Positions 18,960 through 28,100 of a DNA stretch of 64,000 nt are shown here, piece by piece. The translations under genes were made by a program, and so were the position numbers. The stretch covers positions 62,325 through 126,324 of the IMG/VR virus record IMGVR_UViG_2671180089_000001. The stretch is one strand, 5' to 3'. The notes beneath the pieces were generated by a model. The model had not been told where the DNA came from, made no database searches, and worked only from the letters and a program-made list of their open reading frames with translations. The DNA comes from a virus. Taxonomy: Duplodnaviria > Caudoviricetes. Position 1 is the first letter of the stretch. The number at the start of each line of letters is the position of its first letter.

Positions 18960-20885
18960 TCAGCTCCGCATCAGGGCGAGTGCGGCCTTCACCTCGTCGG
19001 GGTCCAGGCGGACGGTGTCCTCCGGCTTTGCCGCCGGTTCGGCGTCCTCTTCCTCGTCGTCGTCCTCGGGGCCGGTGTTTTCGTCGTCGCCGAAGGTGCT
19101 GTCGTCCCAGAGGTCCAGTCCGGCACTGCCGCGGGCCGGGCCGCCCGTGGCCGGGGGTTCCTCCTCGTCGCCGACGTCGAGGCCCTTCGCGGACAGTGCG
19201 GCGATCAGTTCCTGGACCTTGTCGCGGACGTCCTCGAGCTGCTCCGGGCTGGCCGTACTGCTGCTGACACGGGCGGTCGCGTCGGCGAGTGCTCCGACGG
19301 TCGGCTGTACGACGCGGGCGTCGACGTCCTCGTCTGCGGAGGCGGTGCGGGCCGCGCTAGTGCCCTCGGGCACGACGATCGTGGCGAGCTCCACGGGCTG
19401 CGGCTTGTCGAGGGTGATCTCGCCGGCCGTCACCGTGTACGGGATGGCGTAGTGGCTGCTGCGCCGCTCGTCCTCGGTGTGCACGGAGACGATGACGCGG
19501 TCGGGGTAGGTGCCCTCGATGCAGGTCCAGGTGTTGCCGTCCTGGTCGAGGAGTTCGCGGACGGCGTCGGCAAGACGGGCGCGGAACTGCTCCTGCGACT
19601 CGGGCAGCGTCTTGGGCGACATCACAGGGGCCTCCAGCGGGGCGGAGTGGCTCTTGGCCTCGGCGACCATGGAGCGGGCGGATTTGTGCTCGATGCGGGG
19701 CAGTGCGCGGGCGGACTTCACAGCGGCGTGCGCGGACTTCTTCTCGCCGCCAAGGGCCTGGTAGCGGCCCATGACTCCGTCGGCGAACTCCTTGGCCTGG
19801 GGCGAGGCCTTCGGGCCAGGGGCTTGGGGGAGGGCGGCGCCGGCCAGGAGAGCCCACGGCGTCTCGCGGCACTCCGGCCGCAGGAGGGGCATGTCCGGGA
19901 GGGCCGTGATCGGCCACCAGGCGGTTACCTCGGTTGCGTCGCCCTGGGGGTCGTCTGGGTTCGTGACTCGGCGCTCTCCGTGTGGCGCGTTGATCGGCAC
20001 GGAGTCCTCGGTGGGGACCACGGCGACGTAGCCGCGGTAGATGCCGTTCGGGGCGGTCCAGGAGCCGACGACGCTGGCCGTTCCCGGCAGGGTCGACCCA
20101 GTCTCCTCGGCCCACTCGCGCAGGGCGGCCGCCAGGGGATCCTCGCCGTCCTCGAGGTGCCCTCCGGGGATTTCCCAGGTGCCTGCCGCGGGGTCCTCAT
20201 CGTCGAGGGCGCGCTGAATCATGAGCAGTCGGCCGGTGTCGGCGGCCTTCACTGCCAGGCCTGCGACCTTGATGGCTTCCGCGTTCGGTGTGGTGACGAC
20301 GTCGATCTCGACGTGGGACGGGGTGGTCTTGTACTCGAGTCCCTCGTATCCGCCGCCGGTGACGGCCGCGGACTTTACCTCGAGGGCGCGCGTCAGGGGG
20401 TGCGCACCGTGCAGGACGGGCGAGACCTCGAAAAGGTCCAGGTCGTGAATGATCCTGACGCCGTCGCCACGCTTGCTCGCGCCGGTGTCGGAGACGCGGT
20501 AGCCGATGCTGAACGCGGCCTGCTTGTGCTCGTGCCACTGCTTGACCTGCTCGTAGGCGTCTCGGCCCTGACGGGTGCGCAGGTTGTAGATCACAGTCGC
20601 CACGAGGGCGCCGGCTTCGGCGGGCCAGTCGCCGGGGACGTCCCGGAACCGAGGGTCGCCGGGCAGCCATTCCTCGCACTCGACGACGACGCCGACGGGG
20701 TCTTTCCACCCGTGGTGCCACACGGTCTTGACGGGGCGTGCGGCCAGGGTGCGGGCGAAGGCGCCGGGCACGATGAGGTCGGCGACCTCGTCGACCACGC
20801 CGGTGACGGCGTAGATAGCCCGGCTGGTGCCTCGCTGGGAGGTGCGGGGTACGGCGGATCTGGTGGGTGGAGCAGCGGTCGGCAC
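18960..20885 (-). CDS. HK97-type prohead protease fused to a NUDIX hydrolase and acidic scaffold-like tail
   Basis: WHH, FSIGY and LFEVSPV protease motifs; Nudix box GHLEDGEDPLAAALREWAEETG. Confidence 0.9.
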   Translation of the reverse strand: MPTAAPPTRSAVPRTSQRGTSRAIYAVTGVVDEVADLIVPGAFARTLAARPVKTVWHHGWKDPVGVVVECEEWLPGDPRFRDVPGDWPAEAGALVATVIYNLRTRQGRDAYEQVKQWHEHKQAAFSIGYRVSDTGASKRGDGVRIIHDLDLFEVSPVLHGAHPLTRALEVKSAAVTGGGYEGLEYKTTPSHVEIDVVTTPNAEAIKVAGLAVKAADTGRLLMIQRALDDEDPAAGTWEIPGGHLEDGEDPLAAALREWAEETGSTLPGTASVVGSWTAPNGIYRGYVAVVPTEDSVPINAPHGERRVTNPDDPQGDATEVTAWWPITALPDMPLLRPECRETPWALLAGAALPQAPGPKASPQAKEFADGVMGRYQALGGEKKSAHAAVKSARALPRIEHKSARSMVAEAKSHSAPLEAPVMSPKTLPESQEQFRARLADAVRELLDQDGNTWTCIEGTYPDRVIVSVHTEDERRSSHYAIPYTVTAGEITLDKPQPVELATIVVPEGTSAARTASADEDVDARVVQPTVGALADATARVSSSTASPEQLEDVRDKVQELIAALSAKGLDVGDEEEPPATGGPARGSAGLDLWDDSTFGDDENTGPEDDDEEEDAEPAAKPEDTVRLDPDEVKAALALMRS

Positions 20886-20944
20886 GGCGGGGAACCTCCG
20901 GCGGTGGACAGTGGGCCGCCGGGCACCGTGCCGTTCGCGTTGAC

Positions 20945-21163
20945 CTACTGTCCTGCGCTGCCCTCCGCAGGCTGCTGAGGCCGCGCCTCAGCTTCGGAGC
21001 GGGCCATGGACCACCCGCGGTTCCAGTAGCGGTATCCGAACCGCTCCTCGACGCTGCCGTACATGTTGTACGGGCAGGCGTCGGAGGGGTCTCCGGCCTC
21101 GTACGCGGCCTTGCCCTCGTTGAGGCGGTCCTGGAAGTTCTGACGGTCGAGCTGAGTTGCCAC
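20945..21163 (-). CDS. Small Rmf/CrpP-fold-like protein
   Basis: EG.AAY..G.....CPY.........W..GW pattern. Confidence 0.6.
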   Translation of the reverse strand: MATQLDRQNFQDRLNEGKAAYEAGDPSDACPYNMYGSVEERFGYRYWNRGWSMARSEAEARPQQPAEGSAGQ

Positions 21164-21175
21164 GGTCGGATCTCC

Positions 21176-21817
21176 TTACTGGCCCGCGAACATCGAGTCC
21201 TGGACGCCGCGGTCGCCGGCCGGGGGCGGGCCGCTCGGGGCGGCTCCTCCTGGTGCGTTCGCTCGGTCCTCGCCGTTGCGGTGCGTCTGCGTCATCTGGG
21301 CACCGTCAACGTCGGTCGCCCACGCGTCTGGGTCGGTGTAGCGCCACACTTGGCCCGCGCCGTCCCGCACCCACCCGGTCAGTGTGCCGTCTGCGGCCTT
21401 GTCGAGCCAAGCCTGTTCGCCGCTGCTGCCGGTGTACGCGCACCAGGCTTCGGGCCCGTCGGGGTCGGTTTCGTCGCCCTCGTTGTACTCGTCGCCTGCC
21501 CACGGGCGGGAGTCGTCGTCGGGTTGGTCCAGGGCGGCGCTGGGGTCTCCGCCGCCTTCTCCCTCGGGCTGAGCACCCGGGTCCGGCGGCGCAGCGGGGT
21601 TCTCGCCGAGGTTGTCCGTGGGCGCGGCCGGGGTCGCCGTTGGGTCCTGAGCCAGGTTCTCGTCCAGGTCCTCGGTCAGCTCGTCGGAGACGCCGGGGGC
21701 GACCTCGTCGAGCGGAGCCTCTTCGGTGCCCACGGTCTCCTCGTTCTCGTCGTCTTCCTCCCCGAAAGGCTTGCCGCCCTGGGGGAGAGCCTTGATGGCG
21801 AATCCGTATCTGGTCAC
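21176..21817 (-). CDS. Acidic hypothetical head-region protein
   Basis: GTG start 6 nt after promoter motif; acidic low-complexity region plus Trp-rich C-terminal domain. Confidence 0.65.
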   Translation of the reverse strand: MTRYGFAIKALPQGGKPFGEEDDENEETVGTEEAPLDEVAPGVSDELTEDLDENLAQDPTATPAAPTDNLGENPAAPPDPGAQPEGEGGGDPSAALDQPDDDSRPWAGDEYNEGDETDPDGPEAWCAYTGSSGEQAWLDKAADGTLTGWVRDGAGQVWRYTDPDAWATDVDGAQMTQTHRNGEDRANAPGGAAPSGPPPAGDRGVQDSMFAGQ

Positions 21818-21823
21818 AGGCGG

Positions 21824-21854
21824 AGGATGGGGGCACGGGGTGGCTTATGTCGCC
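21824..21854 (-). promoter_or_regulatory. Late-promoter-like motif
   Basis: GGCGAC ATAAGC N13 CATCCT, 6 nt before GTG. Confidence 0.7.
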
Positions 21855-21878
21855 GCCACCGCCTCACCCCGATCCGGC

Positions 21879-21905
21879 CAAGATCATTCTTGCCCAATTG
21901 GGCAA
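21879..21905. repeat. 27-bp element containing palindrome TTGCCCAATTGGGCAA, copy 2
   Basis: CAAGATCATTCTTGCCCAATTGGGCAA. Confidence 0.9.
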
Positions 21906-21915
21906 GCGGCCCGGA

Positions 21916-22185
21916 TCAGCTTCCGGGCACGCGCGGTCGCCGCGGAACGGGTCCGCTCGCCTCGATGACGTTCGTGTACTCGCGGAGCACCGCCAGGACG
22001 GACGCGTCGTCGTCCCCAGCAACGGCAGCCAGGGGGCCGGTTGGTGAGAGGGCGACGCGCTCGCCCAGGTGGAGCTCCACGAGGGCCGCAGCCCGGTACG
22101 ACCCGACCACCGGGCGGTCGGCCCGCCCGGTGATCTGCACGGTGTAGGTCGCACCGTCGTCGAATGAACCGGTGACGGTGAACAC
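21916..22185 (-). CDS. Small hypothetical protein directly after the giant gene
   Basis: AAGGAGG RBS overlapping the giant-gene stop; GTG start VFTVTGSFDDG. Confidence 0.65.
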   Translation of the reverse strand: MFTVTGSFDDGATYTVQITGRADRPVVGSYRAAALVELHLGERVALSPTGPLAAVAGDDDASVLAVLREYTNVIEASGPVPRRPRVPGS

Positions 22186-22196
22186 TTCCTGCCTCC

Positions 22197-25100
22197 TTAC
22201 CTGGTGGCCATCAGGCCCAGGAGGAACGCGCGCAAGTCGTCGTCCTGGTACCAATCGCCGTTGAACATCGCCTGCACGGACCGAGCGAGGGTGTCACCGG
22301 TCTCCGGTTGTGTCTGCTGCCGTCGCAGGAGCCGGTCTATCGCGCTCGGCCGCATCCGGCGTGCGCCGGGCCGGCCGGTGTGCGTCTGGCCGAACCAGAA
22401 CGCCCGTTGCGCGGCGTCCAGGTCGCCGAGGTGGCGGGCGAAGTGCTGCGCCAGGGCGTGCCCGGCGGTGCCCAGTCCCTCGTCGGCGAGGTCGGCGACC
22501 GTCACCCGCTGCCCTTCCGGCTCGTAGCGGCCCTGGTTGCCGTTCAGAGCGGTCATGCGACGCGCTTCGGGGGTGTTGAGCCACGCGCGCGGGATGAGGC
22601 GCTGCACGCCCCGTACGGCGCGCTCGGCGTCCGGGTCGGTACCTGGGCCGAACACGATTGCGTTGGCGCCGTCCGGGCCCATGTCTCGGACGTCGGCCAG
22701 TGCGGCGGCCACGGCGTCGGGCACTGCGGCGGCGTACCGGGCCCGCAGGTCCTCGTACTCCCGGCGGGCGGACGCAAGCTCGCTACGGGCCGCGGTGATC
22801 TCGATCTCCAGGTCTTCGTCGTCCGGGATGGTCGCGCCGCTGCGGGCCGCTTGGAGGTTGACCACGCGCCGCTCACTGGCCGCAACGTAATCGTCGGCGT
22901 GCTGCAGCGTGGCGTGCGGATCGTCGCCGAAGTCGTCACCGAGCACGGCGGACAGACGACGGGTCACGTCCTGGTCGACGTCGTTGCCGGCTGCCCGCAG
23001 CGCCGCCATGTGGCGAAGCGTGGTCAGGCCGGGCCCGCCATCGGCCGCCCTGTCCGGCGCCCACTGGACGCGGTCCGACCGGTCCGGAAGACGGCCCGCT
23101 GCGAGCTGCCCCCACGTCGTCGGACGCCAGAAGGTGACACGGCGCTGCGACTGACCGAACCGGCCAGGCTCCGGCATGAGTCCGGCCCAGTGGGAGATCC
23201 GCGCGGCCAACGAGTCGCCGTCCGCGTCAGGCAGGTTCACCGCGCGGTGCAGGCGCGCCAGGCGGCGCGACTCCGGCAACTCCCGGACACGGCGGACCAT
23301 GCGACCCAGGAACGCACGAAGACGGCGCAGGCGCTCGCGTGAGCTGCGGTACTTCTCGGCGATCTTTCGGGCGCCGGCCTTCACCAGCTCGGCGAGGCGC
23401 TTGGCCATCCGGACCAGGAAGGCGACGATCCGGGCCAGGAGGCCCGGCTGCCGTCCGGCGTCCGGGTTCGCCGCGGCAACCTGGGCCGCGATCCGGCGGG
23501 CGGTCGCCTGCCGAGAGCCGGCCATCTGCTGGGTGAGGATCCGGGCGAGCCGTTCCGCGTCGCCCGGATCCACCCCGGCGGCCTGGAGCTGCTGCAGGAG
23601 AGCGTTCACCGCGTCGTCTGCGTGGCCCGTGACGGCGGTCGTGACGTCCGGGTCGGCGTCCGGGTCCGTCGTCGACGGGCGGCCGGCGATCTGGTCCGGA
23701 ATGAGGCGGAGCAGGTCCCGGGCGCGGGCGGCCAAGTCCTCGTTGCTCTCCCCGTCCAGGGGCTCGAGGTCGTTGATGGTCCGCAGGGCCGCGCGCACGG
23801 TGTCCGCGTGCGCCTGGTTGCGGGCGTCGCGGAGACGACGCTGGGCGGCCCCCCGGTCCCGCCCGGTGAGGCCCGTAGCGTCGAGTGCGGCGGAACCGTC
23901 GCCGCGGACGGCCTGGCGTGCGTCGCGCAGGGCCTCAGCGGTGAGGCGCTGCGCGATCTGATCCCGCAGGGCATGGATGTCGCCGGGGGGCTCCGTACCT
24001 GCGATGGCCTCGTCGATGATCCGCGCGGCAAGTGCTCGTCCGTGGTCGCTGACGATCCGGTCGACGTCGCCCTGTGCGGCCTGGTTGGGGTCGCGGGGTA
24101 CGCCGGCCGGGGGCAGGGCAGGGGTGGGCCGGTTGCGGTCGTAGACGTTCACGGCGCGGCCGCTGTGCAGACCGAAGTCGTGCACGTTGCCGTCCTCGTC
24201 CATGCCGGTGAGCTGCATCCACCAGCCGTTGCGGTGCGGTTCGCTGATGATGGTGAGCCGCCGGTGGCCGTTGAACTGGTAGCCGGTCCGGCTGACCGGC
24301 GCGTCGATGACGTCGCCGACCCGAAGGCTTCCCGGGCGGACATGGGCAATGGGCGCCGTGGGCTCGTCGGGTGTAGCCGCCGGGTCCGGAGTGGTCGGTG
24401 CGACGGGAGTGGTCGGCGCGGCGGCGGGGTCGCTGCCCACACGGCGCACCGGGCCGCCAGGGGGGTTGGGCCCGGGCCCGCCTTCGGCATCCGGCGCGCC
24501 GTCGGCGTCGTCGACGTCCGGCGGGTTGACGGGGTCCGGCTCGGCCTCGGGGAGCTGCCATACCGGCATGGCTCCGTGGACAACTCGGCGGCGCCACTGC
24601 TGGTCTTCGTCCTCCAGGAGGAAGCTGCGCACGCCCCCAGGGCCGTTCTCAACGTCGATGACACGGAAGACGCGCATCTGGTCGCCTCGGCGCTCGTCGG
24701 GCATGGCCACCAGGTCCCCCTCGCCGATCTGCGCGGCGTTCGCCGGGCGGGGCCGGTCGAGGCCCGCCGGAGGGGTCCGACCGGCGGCGCGGTCGAGGTG
24801 GTCCGCGGCCCGCAGCGCAGCGCGGCCCTCGACCGTCGTGGGGTCCGCGGCCGCGCGCAACTGCGCGGCCAAGGCCGCGGCCTGCTCGCGGGTGACGGGC
24901 AGGTCGGCGGTGATCCGTACGGCGGCCTGCTGGGCGTCGGGGTCGTCCTCCGGCCCATCGGCGTGGTCTCCGATGAGGTTCCGGTCGCTCGAATCGAGGT
25001 CCGGGTCGAGGGTCGGGCCGGTCACCGGGTCCACGCGGCGCGGGGCGGGGTGCACGGTCAGATCCTCATCCGGCTCGGGGGCGTCGTCCGGGCCGAGGTC

Positions 25101-28100
25101 CGGGGCGCCTCCGTCCGGGCCCTGGGCGCGCGGGAGGATCGCGCGGGCGTCGACGTTGATCTCGCCCATCTCGCCGGTGGTGGTGTCGGCGTACTGCAGG
25201 GTGACGCGGTCTCCGTCCCGGCTGGGCGGGCTGGTGATCGCAACGGTGGCCAGATGGCCGTCGAGGTCCAGGAGGACGACGTCGCCGTCCTTGAGGTCCG
25301 CGGCCGCGGGCTCGTCGATGCCGGTCACCGGCGCGGTGTCGGGCGCCTCGTCGCGCACCTCCCCGGTGACACGGAGGTCCCCGGCGCTGCGGGTGATCGT
25401 GCCGTCGGTCGTGGTGATGGTGACGTTGTCGCCGTCGACGTCGTCGACGGGGCCGAGGAGTCCTCCGTCTGTGTCGCTGACGACGTTCTGGGTCGTCACG
25501 CGGTGCCCGTCGGCGGTCCAGCCGTCGGGGCGCTGTCCGTCGGCGACGGACAGGGTGGTGGGCGACAGTGCGGTGTCGTCGTTGCCGTCGGACCAGTGCA
25601 CCGACACGGTGGTGTCGGTGGCGCCCGTGACGGTGCCCTCGCGGTCACCGGTCCCCGTGACGGTGCTGCCGGGGAACAGGCCGCGGCCGTCGCGGTCCGC
25701 CGGGATCTGGTTGGGCAGGTCACCGGAGCGGAGCGCGGCCTGGGCGCCGCTGGCCGGGGAGCCAGGCACGACGTCGTCCGGTGCTTCCGCGCGTGCCGCG
25801 GTGGCGTTGGCGGACGTGTAGACGTTGCCGCTCGCGCCGGTGCCGTCCGAATTCTCCGTGACCCAGGTGCGCCACATCTGCTCGGTGCGGCCGCGTCGGG
25901 TGACGTCGACCAGTACGGGCGCGGTGTGGACGTAGCCGGCGCGCTGAACCGGCCGACCGCCCTTGGTGGTGCCGCTCATGCGGACCATGTCGCCCGGCAC
26001 CAGGTCCTCTACGCGGGCCCAGTGCGCTGGCTGGCCGTCGATCGGCTCGGGGTCCGGTTCGGGCGTGGGCTCGGCCTGCGGGCGCGGGGTGTCCTCCGGG
26101 GCGTTCACCGGCTCGTCCGGCGCCGGGACGGCGGGGGACGGCGCGTTGCTGTCGCCCTGCGGCTCATCGTCGCCGCGGGGCGGCTGCCGGTCACCATCCG
26201 GATCGTTGCCGTGGGGCCGCTGACGGTCGCTCTCCGGATCTCCGAGGCCGTCGAGGAGTCGTCCGGCCCAGTAGGAGCGGTTCTTGAGTCGGCTGCGCTG
26301 TCGCTCTGTTCTCCTGGTGGCGGGCAGGAGATCATGCAGCCGTGCGAAGTCGTCGCGGGCCTGCACCAGGTCGTCCCGCAGGTTCCCGCTCGGGGACCGA
26401 TGGTCGCGGAAGGCGTCTAGCAAGGCGGACAGCCGGTCGTGCCGGTCGCGTACCTCGGGGTTATCGAGGAGCGACTCCGGCAGCTCCCACATCCTGTCTG
26501 CCAGGTGCGCAGTAACCGTGCGCCAGACGTCCTCACTCGGGTTCGTGGGGTCCACGGGGCCGTCCCTCAGGGCGCGAACGACGAGGTTCGCGATGGCCGT
26601 GTCACGGCTCTCGGAACGGCTGCTCTGGTCGTTGTCCGGGCCGAAGAACGGTCGTGCGTGCCATACCGAATTCCGGTTGGGATCCGACCGGTAAACGTTG
26701 GAGATGTGGCCAATCTGCTGGCCATCGAGCCACACGGTCTCGCCGTCGCCGACAGGGCGCAGCTCGGCCCGGTCGGCGAACTCCCGCATTTTGTCGTGGC
26801 CGCCGAACCGGAACGTGGCGGCTTCCGCGCTCTCAACATCCCCGGACGGTGCGGGGGCGACGTCGTCGGCCGTGAAGGTGACCGTGTCTTCGGAATCTCC
26901 GGCTTCGTCCGCGCGGCGCTGCTCCTCCTCGTGAAGGTCGCGGGCAGTACGTTCGTTATCGCGGCGCGACTGCTTGAACTGGTTGAAGGTGAGGCGGCCG
27001 CCGTTCGCGTCGAACCAGTCCTGCAGTTCTTCGCTCGCGACGTCCTTCCACCGATCGAACTGGGACATGCTCCCGCCAGAGAACAGCTCCCGCTCGTCGA
27101 TCGGTCCGGCCTCGTGCTGTCGGCGGAAGAAGTACCCGTTGGTGGCGGCGATAGCAGCCAGGTAGCGGGCCTCGTCGATGTCCGCGAACTCGGCGCGCAG
27201 GGCACGGTCGGCTTCCCGCTGCCGGTACTGCGTGTACGTGAGCCGGCCGTTTCCGGGGGTCTCGTCGTCGCCGTCGAACCAGTGGTTCAGTTCCGGCGAG
27301 GCGAGTTCCTTCGCACGCTTGTTGCTGTACTTGCCGCCGGAGAACAGGGTCCGCGGGTCGATGCCTTGGGCCTCGGCCTCGGGGCTGAGCATGCGCCCGC
27401 CGGTGGCCTGCATGGCTGCCTGGAAACGCTCCTCGTCGAGGGCGTCGAACTCTCGGCGCAGACCTCCGGGGGTAACCGGAGCGGGCTGCGTGACGTCCGT
27501 GTCACCGAAGCCGAGCGCCTCGTCCATCAGGCGGCCCTCGCGCTCCGCCTCGTCGGCGTTCGCCGGGGGTGTCTCGGGCACCGCAGCGCGGATCCGCTCG
27601 TCGACGTAGCCATCGCGGCGGTCCATCTCCGCCATGACGCGAAGCTCGTCCTCCGGGCCCAGACCCTGCACGTACGCGGCCTCGAGCTGGGAGTCGTCCA
27701 GGGTGGTGAGGTCCTCGGGCAGGGCAAAGGCACCTGCCCGTTCCTGGTCGTAGTCGTCCTGTACCGCGCGGAGCGCCTGGGGCAGGTTCCGGCCCTCCCC
27801 GTCACGCCAGGCGGCGACACTGGCCGATCGGCCGCCCTCCACGTCCCAGTCGAAGGGGTCGCCGTTGCGGTCGGTGAGCTCCTCGAAACGTCCGGCGAGT
27901 GCCCGCGCCTCCTCGGGGTCATCGGAGGTCAGGGTGATGCCAGGCAGGTTCGTTCCGTTGCGGGCCTGGGCGAAGCGCCACACGGTGTTGCCGTCGTCCT
28001 GCCGCTCCGGGTAGGTCGCCAAGCCGCCATTGGGCGACAGGGCGAGGCCTTCCCTGTCTGCCAGGGCAGACAGGTGGGCACGACGCTCGGGGGTGTCCTC

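Noticed and set aside
20907-20939. Possible 14th late-promoter copy upstream of the protease (CGCGAACGGCAC...CACTGT)
   Set aside because: Upstream box is degenerate and spacing is off by one; not counted
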